A DNA stretch of 60,984 bases, the filler included, from Dimargaris cristalligena (Eukaryota), in the NCBI GenBank assembly GCA_003614675.1. It is 5 parts of 5 records of this genome, joined end to end, with 100 filler letters (N's around TTAATTAATTAA, not from the genome) between each part and the next. Parts side by side here need not be neighbours in the genome. Positions count along the whole stretch, not along the records: positions 48,878 to 60,984 come from ML003055.1; 4 more parts are not named here. One strand, 5' to 3'. The notes beneath the pieces were generated by a model. It made no database searches. It saw only the letters and a program-made list of their open reading frames with translations, and was not told where the DNA came from. The position numbers were made by a program, and so were the translations under genes. Position 1 is the stretch's first letter; each line of letters starts with the position of its first letter. Below are positions 49,554 to 60,984 of this stretch, one piece after another.

Positions 49554-50769
49554 TATCAGACTATCTAATCTGCCCTAATCCTACTGGCTTAGATATCTGA
49601 CTATATTAGGCCTTATAGTACCATATTAGTCTTCCCATAGTCACCCCTTTAACCATGGGATCATCTCTTATCATATAATCCTTCCCCTTCTGGACTCTGC
49701 CTCTTTACACTAATCACTCCAGTACTGATCCATACTCTTATGGTTACCATCAGAGCCTTCTAGATACTCATAACTATCAGGTCAGCCCATTTATCTGTAC
49801 CTTAGTCTTAGTAATATCCTTCCCTTAGGACCTCCCACTGGAGTTATCCCTACATATATATAACTGGGCCCTTTTGGACTAGTTAGATTCCTTAGCTTAT
49901 TCCTCCCCCTTAATTTACCCTAATAAACCCTATATATGCTTATGTGTTGGTATTGGGATCATCTAATCCACCGCTAGGATTTGGATTACAGACTGGTGTA
50001 CCTTGCTCAAGTGCAGAATGCTGGGGCGTGGATGGCAGTGTACCTGGGCCAGACAAAGGTGGGATGCTAGGTCCAGAGGAACAAATGGGGAGGCGCAACA
50101 TTGAAGAGAGAGTATTAAGTGTTGATGTATTTTGAGGGAAGAAATTTAGTAATTATTAGTATTTTATTTTATTTTTATAGTAATCGTGAAGAGAATAGGA
50201 ATTATGAACAAAGTATTGTTTTCCTGTTGCAGGAAGAGGGCTCCCCGAACAGAGGTTGCAAATTGGTCATTATAAATAGTTCAAAATATCATTAATGGGT
50301 TTGAATATTGTCATAATATCATCATAGCACATGGACATTATCATGAACATAAAATAACAAAACGGGAGTTGACTTCCCAAAAGGTATGGAATATTTCTCA
50401 TGAAATTTGTCATATCGGTTATAATCACTAGTATTTGATAAAAAAAACAGTCATAAGTATTGTAATTCTTTGATAATCATTAAATCAGCATAAGAATCAG
50501 CAGATAAATTGATAGCCAGATGGTAAAGGCTGTTGGCCAACATTCTCATGGCACTAAACTTACTCCCCCCCCTATACTAACTAGTAAGTATGCTGATTGC
50601 ATATCCCTTGTATATCCCTTATATATCCCTACTTCTTAGTCTTTATTAGTTAGTACTATGCCCTATACCTGATACTAGTAGCCCACTTTGCCAAGTCTAA
50701 GTCCCACCTACCATTAGAAGCCTATCCTTGGGACTCTTGACAAACTAAGAGTAGTTAACCCAGGTAACA
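49554..50769 (+). mobile_element. LTR family A copy interrupted by a nested ~616-bp insertion (49943-50558)
   Basis: T(A)TCAG start and GTAACA end. Colinear with 10666-11241 once 49943-50558 is removed. CTTA is duplicated on both sides of the insert. Confidence 0.7.
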
Positions 50770-52592
50770 CTGGGAATAATCCAGGAGCACCTACTATGCT
50801 TTAATAGTATCCTAGATTAGTACATTAGTTTGGTAGTCATGGAGATCTGTATCTTAATGGCCCTGACTCAGGTATTCATTTACTTCCAGGGTTTGGTCCC
50901 TACTATACCTCCATACCATGGCCAAGGATGTATCCATTGGCTGTGTCAGAAAGAGATTCTGCACACTCTCTAAATCAAGTGGAGTTTTACTCAATATGGT
51001 AGCTTAAATTTCTTGAAGCTTTTTGTAGTTGGATAACAGGGGAGTAGTTACATGTTAGCATAACATCATGGTCTAGAATGGTGATTATCCAATGACCATG
51101 GTCACTAGGATTATCCACAAACAATCTTACTACATGCACAATTTAAAAGCATAGGATCAATAAGAGGAAACTAGCATGGCCAATAGTAAGCTCTTGATGA
51201 TAGAGTGGTCACAAGAATAAGATGGATGAAACCAGTAGACTTACTTGGAAAAGCTCCTTACTGGTACGGTTTTGACTAACCAAAGATTTATAGTAGGAGT
51301 TAACATTGGGAGGGTGATGATAACTATGTGCTGGGAAATAATACATATTTTTTTTGGCTAATTCACCAGAAAGGGATGCCATTGGTTTAGTTGGGCGTGG
51401 CTGAGAACATCTAACAGAGCTATGGCTTGTTCACCTTTGATCCCAGTTAGTTGACATAGTTTCATGGGATAAGTTCATCTGGATTGTATGGCAAAACATC
51501 AGATGAAAGAGGCAAATCCTACTGGTTTGAATAAATCTCTTGCCTATTATCCCAGATACATAAGATGTAAATTCATATACAGGTGAACAGAATCTGCCAT
51601 AGGTCTATTATTTTTGTTTAGTTATTAATTTTAGTGAAAATAATGTCAGTTGGACTGTGGCATGATTCCCGGGTAAAACCTACCGGGTTCAATTCCTATT
51701 TTGCAACCTATTACTATAGACTTGTGACTTCCGAAGATAGTCCTGGCGTCGAAAATAAAAAGGTGTAGAACACTTTATAGTCGATGCGGCTTGAAGTCAC
51801 ACTTTTTGATAAGGAAACATATGAAAGCCCCATTAGGTAGAATTATATATGTCATCGATGATCTAATGGCTATTGTGGGACTGTTGACCAACCACTCTTA
51901 TTGCTGTCTTCCACAATATACCAAAGCCCAGGACACGAGAATTAGCCAATAGTGCTCTCTACTCAGATATTTTCTGATCCAGCTGGGCAGAATTTCACCC
52001 AAATGCTACTATATCACCCACTGGCACCTCCCTGGCATACGGGTTAGCCACGTCAACTGATTCGGAGGTTTAATCACCTGGACCCAAAATACAGCTGCTC
52101 TATCCTCTTGGCTTATAAACATCAGACAAGTGTACTAATTCACTTGATAGTCATACAGCCGTATCCTCAAAATTCTAGAAAACAAGGATAGAATTAAGCA
52201 TGCCCCAATAGTTGCTCAAATATATAAATATAAATCTGCGGTATTTTAAAAGGGTGATATTATTTTATAGGGCAGCCTGAAGAAGGCATTTATCCCCGGG
52301 GTGAATTTTTATGAGGCGCTCTTACGACTATCGCTTATTGGGTCCAATTGATAGAGGGTTCTTGTGGTTTAGCCAAAAGTCAAGCATGTCGCCAATTCGG
52401 CAGTTTGGGGGTGATTAATGCAATTTAGCTGGCTTTATTGGGAAAATTGATAAATAAGACATTATAGTAAACAATTGTTTCTAACACTTTGGACCCGAAA
52501 GCACTACACTGAAACATAGCCAGATAAATTTGATTGATAGGCCCAATGCCCAACTAGAATATAATTTAGAGGCCCAATATATGCTCTTCTGA

Positions 52593-53500
52593 CTAGTCTC
52601 GTTGAACTGGGAACCAGCTCCCTGTCCCCATGGTTCCCAAAATCCCCATCAACCATAAATAATAGCAGCAGTATCTTGTTTTTCCGCTATACGCACGGCT
52701 ACCAATATCACCATTTAAAAAATTGAGTATAGATGGCGGCAGTAAATGTCCAGCTAGAGTTGCTAAAATGTTGGGCACTATTGTGCAATAAATAGTTATG
52801 TAAGAAATGGCACTGCCTAATACTGCTGCCAGAACCAAGGTAAGGTGAACCAGGTTCGACTTTTGCGATTTTAGAATAATTATATGAGGTTGATGGGCTC
52901 CACGACCCAGTAAGTCTCCGTCTGAACGAAGAGAGTGGTAGGTGTAGAGCCAACTCAAAAAGGGGATCAATGCGTTTGTCGTCCCGTGCATAAACTTTGT
53001 CACACCACAGAAAGACAGAAGTGATAAAACTAGTATTATTTGGACAATTAAGTTGTCCGGGTAGCCGGTATTATGTTTATTGCTCCGGATAAATCCGCGA
53101 CGGTACGGGATACGAACGGAAGTCACGACGGTCGCAAGACCTACTGTGCTGATTAGTCTGTTGATAAAAATCAACCAGATCCATGATACGTAGCCGTCGA
53201 GTCCACTGCCTAGCGGTCAACCTACCAGGTAGGAAACAGTGAGCATAGTCCTCTATAAACTCTAGAAGCGTGACTATTTCGCAAGCGCTTAAATTTTGGC
53301 TGAAATAACCATACTCAACAAAGTAGGTACCTCCCCACCGAGTTATGCCACGCTGCACGCAACAGCTGGGATCATGTCATTTGGGGGCGATTCGCTGAAG
53401 ATGCGACCCACCAGGAAACTATCGGGAAGATAAGCATACTGGGAATACGATCAGAAAATACCAGAGATATGGCCACACGGGAGCTAGGGGGCCGTTTCAT
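52593..53500 (-). pseudogene. Probable disrupted multi-pass membrane-protein gene
   Basis: A 193-codon frame with several hydrophobic segments but no ATG start. Upstream hydrophobic pieces lie in other frames with stops. Confidence 0.3.
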
Positions 53501-54986
53501 TCAATCCATGGGCTAGAACCACTCGGGTTGTTGCATTCAGTGCGTATCAGTGGGATCTCATTCTGGGGATTACAATAATTACTAAACCTCTATTTTTAGA
53601 TCAACTGAATTCACTTACTACCAAGCGTAGCTTAGTGTTAAAGATCACTCGACCAACCGGTCGGGCCGCCACAGGGTTGGTAAGAATATCGCTCGGGTTC
53701 ATGTTTCAGACCGACCTTCCTCGACCTGATCTAGGTTAAAATATATTTATATATAAATAAATGATATAAATCCAACAAACCCCTAATAGGGGAAATGATA
53801 TCAGACTTAGTTAGGGGCCATTAGAAGTATTTATAGATGATTTCCGATGATGGGATCCTATTTTCGGATTTACACCGCCCCTGACCAAATCGCCGGATGT
53901 GGGACGGGTTCACCTCGCTTTAATCGAAGTGTATTGTCTAATTTCTGGGTTGAATTGGCTCCATATTTGCAAGGTGTCTGTTCTTTACTAGCTGGACCGC
54001 GGGGCCACTTACGAACGCCCCCTCTCACCAGTGAGCCACCAATCCCATCGGGGGCTGCCTAACTAAAATAATGCCCCTGATTGACCAATGTAGGCACTTG
54101 TATATGAACACCTCACTCTCCACCTATTTTTTGGCCTATTCCCAATGCATGGCCTTATAGTTGGACTGGATTTCTCTTATAGTCCAGTTCTGCTTGAATC
54201 TACTTAAATATCGCCGTCAAAACCCGCGTATATAAAACAACCATGAAATCAGCATACCTTCGGTATTCTCTACAATGATCGATATGGAATAACGCCCCAA
54301 AAATCGACATTTATCACCAAAGCCAATACAAAGCCAATCCTCTGGGCTGGACGATTTTCTAATCTTTAAAATGAGGAGGATACCACGCCGACCCACAGCG
54401 ACAGTAGGGACTATGCAGCTCCTCTCCCATATTGCGAGGATAAAACACACGAGAAAATAGTTTTCAAGAGTTGAAATGATATTGCACTTTCATTACCGCG
54501 GCCTTCGTACTAAACTGGCAATCCTTCTTCATTTTAAGTTACAACTATAGTGTTCCACCCTGGCTGTATGCTCGTCACTGCATATACCTTGGCCGATGTC
54601 CAGTGCCGCAGTCAGTTCGGCATTAACACGAGCACATAGTTTAGATTATCTGGTATGGCTACTTCAGCCGATGAAATTTTAAAATATGCCCCAATTATTT
54701 TAAGAAGGCATGGATAATACCAGGTAGAAACGACCATACAATTATTATTATACTTATATTTATTTCAAATGCTTCACTCCTATAACTGACCAAATAAAAA
54801 ATACCGCCTTGGCATAAAATAAAGGAAATAGCCATCCACATAATATCAGACCACTTCCATCCGTGACCATGCGGAATGGATAGGATATATATACGCCTAT
54901 GGAAGGGGGGGGGGTAAATTAAACCCGATGGCAAATTAAAATTCCTCTAGTGTGTCTCACAATTTCCCCCCTTTTACCAATTAGCT

Positions 54987-57110
54987 TTAAGTGAGGACGT
55001 ACTGGGGACCGTCACCGCCTTCGGGTACCGTCCAGTTAATATTCTGCGAGGGATCCTTAATATCGCAGGTCTTGCAGTGGATGCAATTCTGTGAGTTAAT
55101 TTGGAATCGCTTTTCACCGGGTTTAGTTTCGTCGTCGACGTATTCGTACACCCCGGCGGGGCAGAACCGGGCTTCCGGCCCGTCAAAGACAGTCAAATTA
55201 CGCTCGACCTGGACGTTCGGGTCCTTCAGACGTAGGTGGACGGGCTGGTTTTCGGCGTGGTTAGTGCCGGTCCGGGAAACGCTTTCCAGTAAGTCAAAGG
55301 ATACGACCCCGTCTGGTTTGGGGTAGGCGATGGGTTGGAAGTCTTTGGCCGGCTTGAGCATAGCGTAGTCGGGACCAGGGTGTTTCCAGGTCCAGGGGAC
55401 GCGGCCCTTGAGTAACACCGTGTCGAGTCCGGTCCAAGCCATGAACCCGAATAGACCCAAGGGGGTATGGAACGAAGGGCGGGCATTGCGCACTTCGTAG
55501 AGTTCCTTGTAAACCCACGATTGTTCAATGGCGGTTTCGTAGGCGGCGATATCCAGGGGCTGGGCCGACGATTCCGTGGCGGCGTCACGGACAATAGCCT
55601 GGACGGCGGCCTCGGCGGCCAGCATACCGCTCTTCATGGCCGTGTGGGTTCCCTTAATCTTGGGTAGATTCAAGAACCCCGCGGTACAGCCAATAAGGGC
55701 ACCCCCGGGGAAGGTGAGCTTCGGGATGGACTGGTAGCCACCTTCGTTCAGGGCCCGGGCCCCGTAGGAAATGCACTTGCCACCTTCCAGCACCTTCTTG
55801 ATTTCGGGGTGCATCTTGAATTTCTGGAATTCTTTGTAGGGGGACAGGTAAGGGTTCTCGTAGTCCAGACCCACCACAAACCCCAAACTCACCAGGTTAT
55901 TTTCCATGTGGTAGACAAAGGCCCCTCCGTAGGTTTTGTAGTCGAGCGGGTAGCCCACGTAATGGTTGACAGTACCGGGTTGGTGTTTGGCCGGGTCCAC
56001 TTCCCAGACCTCCTTCAGGCCAATCCCGTAAGTCTGAGGCTGGGTGTCCTTGCGCAGATCAAACTGGCGGATGAGGGATTTGGTGAGGGAGCCGTGGCAC
56101 CCTTCGGCGAAGAGCGTCACCTTGGCCTGGATTTCCATGCCCCGTTCGAAGTTGTCCTTGGGCTGGCCCGACTTGTCCAGGCCCACGTCGTTGGTGGCGA
56201 TACCGCGCACGGCCCCATCGGAGGTGTAGAGGACCTCGCTGGCGGCGAACCCGGGAAAGATTTCCACGCCGAGCTCCTCGGCCTGCTCACCGAGCCACTT
56301 GACTACGTTGTTAAGACTGACGATATAGTTCCCCTGGTTGGACATTTGCGGGGGATGCGGGAGGGGAAACGAACCCTTCGGAGTCAAAAAACGCATATGA
56401 TCATGGAGGGCGGGCTGGTTAAGGGGGGCACCCTTTTCCTTCCAATCGGGAATGAGCTCGTCCAAAGCGCGGGGTTCCACCACGGCCCCCGATAGGGTAT
56501 GGGCTCCCACTTCGCCGGCCTTTTCCACTACTACCACTCGGATTTCGGTACCCTGTTCCAGGGCCAGTTGTTTGATACGGATGGCCGCACTCAAGCCGGC
56601 GGGGCCGGCGCCAACTATTACAACATCAGCCTCGTCCACGAAGCGCTCAGCCACTATTCGGGGATCCTCCACGGCATTCTCCTCCTCGACCTCTTTGCGC
56701 CCCTCGAGGCAGGTCGTGGTGGAAGTGGATATGCAGCGGGTGATGGTCGTGGACAATGAGACCAGAGGGGAGGTCATGGTTACGGGGAAGGTTTGGCCCA
56801 TTTCGGTAACACGGATCAAACCGTTGGGGGACGGGGCATCGAGGCCAAACGAGGGGGTGGAGATCCGCGCCATGGACCAGGCCGCGGTCCGCGGAGTGAG
56901 CGCCAGCGTGGAACTGGTAGTCTTGTTCACGGAAAGGGTGGACAAAGCGGCCACAGACACCGGGGCAGCCTTGGTAACCGATAGCGCAAGAACCGGGCCC
57001 CGACGACTACCCATGGCAGCGGCGACGGACGACGACCGGCCAGACCAGTGGCGGGAGCGCGCCGAGGTCTGCTTCGACAGGATCTTAAGGGATCGACTTA
57101 GCGAGTACAT
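54987..57110 (-). CDS. ETFDH: Electron transfer flavoprotein-ubiquinone oxidoreductase, mitochondrial, single exon, 707 aa
   Basis: FAD motif [58 protein letters not shown], and Fe-S ligands RFCPAGVYE / [13 protein letters not shown]. First ATG at 57110. Confidence 0.98.
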   Translation of the reverse strand: MYSLSRSLKILSKQTSARSRHWSGRSSSVAAAMGSRRGPVLALSVTKAAPVSVAALSTLSVNKTTSSTLALTPRTAAWSMARISTPSFGLDAPSPNGLIRVTEMGQTFPVTMTSPLVSLSTTITRCISTSTTTCLEGRKEVEEENAVEDPRIVAERFVDEADVVIVGAGPAGLSAAIRIKQLALEQGTEIRVVVVEKAGEVGAHTLSGAVVEPRALDELIPDWKEKGAPLNQPALHDHMRFLTPKGSFPLPHPPQMSNQGNYIVSLNNVVKWLGEQAEELGVEIFPGFAASEVLYTSDGAVRGIATNDVGLDKSGQPKDNFERGMEIQAKVTLFAEGCHGSLTKSLIRQFDLRKDTQPQTYGIGLKEVWEVDPAKHQPGTVNHYVGYPLDYKTYGGAFVYHMENNLVSLGFVVGLDYENPYLSPYKEFQKFKMHPEIKKVLEGGKCISYGARALNEGGYQSIPKLTFPGGALIGCTAGFLNLPKIKGTHTAMKSGMLAAEAAVQAIVRDAATESSAQPLDIAAYETAIEQSWVYKELYEVRNARPSFHTPLGLFGFMAWTGLDTVLLKGRVPWTWKHPGPDYAMLKPAKDFQPIAYPKPDGVVSFDLLESVSRTGTNHAENQPVHLRLKDPNVQVERNLTVFDGPEARFCPAGVYEYVDDETKPGEKRFQINSQNCIHCKTCDIKDPSQNINWTVPEGGDGPQYVLT

Positions 57111-58046
57111 GGTGAATGCGGAAACTGGGAGGAGGGGGTTCGTGTTACAGGCAGATAACACCAGAACCTATAACCACGGATAATAAATAGGTCTAATAAG
57201 GGGGGGGGGGCTCAGGAGAGAGACGAATCAGCCGAAAGCCACTAACCCAGCCGGATAAGTTAAATATATGAGGTTTTGATTATACTAAATAAGGAAGCGA
57301 CTGAAGAGAGGAATACTTCCCATGATTGAGACGGAGCCCTTTTACAACGACATAATGCTGAACTCTCTCGCCCAGCAGCCTCTTTCCTCCGTTTCGCCTT
57401 GAACGTGCGCCCCTGCGGTGAATAATGGGACAACGCAAGTAGCCGAAGCAGGAGGGGCTGGCTGAGCTCTAGTCTAGGCCAATGGGATACTCCATTCACG
57501 TGCGGAATGGGCAGGGCAGCAGTTCCCGTGAGCTTGCCGTTCCACCATTGGTAAAGGATACCGAAATGGTCACTGGTATTTTCCATTCCCATCGCGTTAC
57601 TAGGTTCCGTTGAGGGTAAGAAGGGCCAATCTATCTATTTTCAACCTACTTCGCCATTCGGCACTGCTAAAATCATTTCGGGCATTGTTATATATATTTT
57701 AATGACAGACTAAACTCACTCTCCTGCGTCTCTTATTTAAAATAAAAAGGGTAAGTAAATGAATACTAGAAAATATAATTAAAGTCTCGAGCGATGAGGT
57801 CTTTAGAGTTGGGTACAGCAAACGGGGCTTTGCACGGTGTGGATCGCAGGGCACTACCCCGCCCATCTCTAATCAGCGAAGGAGCGAAGATGGGGAGAGG
57901 GCAAACCAAGTCGATTTTGTATTATCCTAGGCCTCTCTGTACCGCCTTTCCATTCCTGATCCACATCTCACCCCCCTGTCTTCCTCAGCCGATATATATT
58001 TTTAAACCAGTGGAAGGCAGAGGGTAAGCACATGCGAGTGTTGTAT

Positions 58047-59234
58047 TTAGGACTCCAGCATGAGACCCAATCCCACCTTATTCTGACCCTTCATATGGTC
58101 CACTTCGGCCGTCATAAGGAACGAGAATCCGGGGGCCATTTTCTCCTCGAGCACAGCGCTCACTTTGCCCATGCTGTCGACCATACCCCGGAAGGTCGCT
58201 TGGCGGAAATCGTACTTGGCGCCCACACTGAAGATAGCCCCGCGACGGTCGGCTGATTCGGTGCTGACTTGGAGCTCGGCGCCCAATTCGACCTTGTCGT
58301 TGATTTTCTGGAAGTAGGTGGCCTGCACGGCGTCGGATCCCTGCCACTGCAGGGTGGAGATGGAGTCCTTCTGGGTGTACCGGGCCAAGAGGGAGGTTTT
58401 GCTGCGGGGCTCGCCCATGGGGGGTTGGTCCACCACCGACTCGAATCCTACGGCCAGGTTCTTACCGAGGGACTGCAGGTAGCTGCCCACGTAGATACCG
58501 GTGCCCTCGGCGGGCGAGGGGTTGACGGCCTTGCCGTTCAGGGTATAGTCCGCCCCCTGGTAGTCCACTTCGGCCTGCAGCATGTTTTGGCCCGGGACCT
58601 GGGTGATCAACATCTGCGCCTTGGTGGCCAGCTTCGAGGTCCAGTTGTATTGTATCCGCGACTGGAGAATGCCATCGTTATCCACCGTGCCGTGAATCAG
58701 GAATTCGGGGCCGGCATAGACCGCGGCAAAATTGTAGCTAGAGGGAGCTCCAGCAGTGGCCAATGAGATGGTATGCGTCACCTGGAAATTGGGGGAAAGC
58801 ACCTTGGTCAGGTCGGCCCGCGCGCCGTCGAAGAAGTAGTTGGTCAGGAAAGTGTCTAGTACGGGCAGTACAAATGTGGTTAAGCAGAATCGATATTAGT
58901 ACCAATAACTTCTACGATTCAGGCACAGGGAGGGCCTAATTGGCCCAAGCAACTATAGGGTGAAAGTAGCCAGGATTCCGGCAGCCGAATGCGGGTTTCA
59001 CTCCCCCCCTCCCAAAAAAAATCTCTTTTATTGGTGTGGGATTGGATCGGGGCACTTACTCTTGAGTTCCTTGTTGAGATTTTCGGTGGTGCCCGGCTGG
59101 GGAAGATCCAAGCCCCTGCGGTACGAATCAAAAGAACTGTAGAGGTGAAAGGGATTCCAGAACTGGAAAGGCTCCTTGCGTTCGGTGGCCAAATCTATGG
59201 TGGGCATTTTTAAATCAGTGGTACTGGTGGTCAT
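58047..59234 (-). CDS. TOM40: Mitochondrial outer membrane import channel Tom40, 327 aa; exons 59234-59060, 58855-58047
   Basis: RRGLDLPQPGTTENLNKELK|NTFLTNYFFDGARADLTK, PNFQVTH, GIYVGSYLQS, GAKYDFRQATFRG and the C-terminal beta-signal KVGLGLMLE. Confidence 0.96.
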
Positions 59235-60324
59235 GATTACGATGGCGAGGGGGTGAGGGGGAACGGTGCAGACCACGGGAACAGAAGAAAAAACTAAAGC
59301 GAATAAAGCAAGAGAAACTAAGCAATACAAAACGATCAGGGGCCGACTGCTGTACAGAAGAAAGAAAAGGTGTGAGGATCGTGAGCATGTGGAATGGGGT
59401 GATTGGGCTTAGAGGAGAGTTCAACATCTTTTAGCGGGAAAAAACCTCACCAGACATTGTTCTGACTGCCACTCTCTTGATCCATGTAGGCTAGGCAAAT
59501 TCAACAACGTCATCGACTGGTTGCGGAATGGCCGTCACCACGCTTAGGTCTGGTAAAGGGCGCGGGGGCGTTAGTCTGAATACTCTAACGCTCGTTTGAG
59601 TAGGCATATCCCACAGCAGCTCCCGTTAGCCCGATCACATTGGCATTATTCATAGACTGATACTCGACTAACGAGGTAGTAAGCAAATGCCCGAGATGCG
59701 CGGGTGCTGTATTGATAAATTGTCCAGTAGCATTAGCCAGCGACCGTAACCGCCGGACTGAATAGTGTTACCATCATTATCATTTAGTCTCCGTCGGGTA
59801 GTTTATGCACCAACCGGTGTTTACAGTTTTACTCGAATGGTCATTTTATGCTATGCCGATTATATGACGATTAATTGACGTAGAATGTATTTCGGTATAT
59901 TTATTCGATTAATCTATGGCCGTTATGCGGGATGCCCTCTTCAAAACAGGTGATAATGTTCTTCTAACTTTACACCCCTACAGAAATAGTGGTTTACTGA
60001 AAAAAAAAAAATACTCAAAAAGCGGCACGTTTCCTCTTTGGTAATTGATTCCTTCGGTCATATTTTCACTACTGTGTCCCACCCCAACCTTGTTTCATAG
60101 CAAAGTCAACATCTCTCTCTCTGAGTTAGCTAGGAACCCCCCCTTTTGAAACCAGGACATTCGGAAAAGTAGCCCGCGGCCCACAGTTGAATCGCCAAGT
60201 CCTGCACCATAACATCAGATCCTGGCGGCAATACAACTGTATGTCCACTAGTTCAATAAACCTACCGTAAAACTTGATTGATATTACTCGCGATGTTATG
60301 CCTGATGCCATTCCACGTTTTCGA

Positions 60325-60984
60325 AGTAGGTATTTCAAAGAGAAATAACTTTGGTTTAAGTTTTAAAAATTGAAATAACCGCTAAACCCGCAATTTCTTG
60401 GCTGCCATTCTCCCCAAATCGGTATAAAAGATTATAGGCCACTTTGGTCTGAGAGTTAAGCTGCACATATAGGTGACATAAATATACTATAGTGATATAG
60501 TTGGGACGGGTTGTCTTCAATCTCTATTATAATTAAAGGATTCGTGGATTATCTTCCACCAGTTGGATTGAAGCAAATTATCATAGGTACGTAGAGTCTC
60601 AAAGGGACGAATAGTACCGGCATTCGTACCCCCGTGTGGTGGTAACCTTGGCCCAATCTGTTCGAACAATTATATCAGGCGGGGTCTGGTCACTGCCCTC
60701 GTTGTTGGAATGGTCACTGCAAATTGGTCGCCTAAAAATAGGGGGTAGAATAAATAGCCGAGAGTTTGCCAAGCCTTTGAAAATGGCGACTGGGGTGATC
60801 GGATCGCACCACTAGTATGTCATTATACTTTGGGCAGTAGAGGAGTGCACGTCCAATCTCCGATTGCCATGGAAGATAAAATGGCTAGACCAAAGTAGTG
60901 GGCTATTTTCCATGGCTATCGTATTGTGAACAATCCCGGCCGCTGGTTTACCCGATAGGGTAGGAACGCCAAGAGTGTAGATCC
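60325..60984 (-). repeat. Right copy of the inverted repeat pair bounding contig 5
   Basis: Reverse complement aligns to 48878-49553, with the terminal 55 nt identical. Confidence 0.85.

Noticed and set aside
51634..51708. tRNA- or tRNA-Sec-like segment with GGTTCAATTCC
   Set aside because: No proper acceptor stem or anticodon arm and no TCA anticodon. Only a B-box-like match.
54987..59234. ETFDH and TOM40 adjacency as a mitochondrial gene cluster
   Set aside because: Two neighbouring mitochondrial genes are common by chance, and no shared motif was seen.
48878..60984. Whole contig as a TIR transposon or linear plasmid carrying cargo
   Set aside because: No transposase or polymerase gene, the interior holds ordinary housekeeping genes, and the repeats are diverged and run off the contig ends.
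60490..60984. Frame interrupted only by TAA/TAG, suggesting stop-codon reassignment
   Set aside because: Conserved genes here end normally in TAA, TAG or TGA. The stops fit mutational decay or a non-coding frame.
1..60984. CRISPR arrays or prokaryotic defence/operon systems
   Set aside because: No regularly spaced direct repeats or bacterial gene organisation. The sequence is intron-containing fungal DNA.

Overview
Eukaryotic, fungal DNA with GT-AG spliceosomal introns and GC-rich exons. An early-diverging, Zoopagomycota/Dimargaritales-like source is my inference and is not proven. The window is not one locus: it is five separate ~12.1-kb contigs (1-12123, 12224-24343, 24444-36562, 36663-48777, 48878-60984, in decreasing length order) joined by an artificial 100-nt N44-TTAATTAATTAA-N44 spacer. 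I rebuilt spliced models for a NASP/Sim3-type histone chaperone, a LYR-motif protein, frequenin/NCS-1, ALG1, TRM5, SPC24 and TOM40. RPN1 and ETF-QO are single-exon. Also present are a dispersed 5S rRNA, two secreted proteins (a tandem-hevein/CBM18 protein and a Lys-rich Kex2-type precursor), several hypothetical or decayed genes, and many decayed LTRs and repeats. I found no clearly novel multi-gene system. The most notable patterns are repeat-restricted C-to-T/CpG decay (methylation- or RIP-like), recurrently distant intron branch points with long AG-free zones, and a contig bounded by inverted repeat copies whose outer 55 nt are identical.
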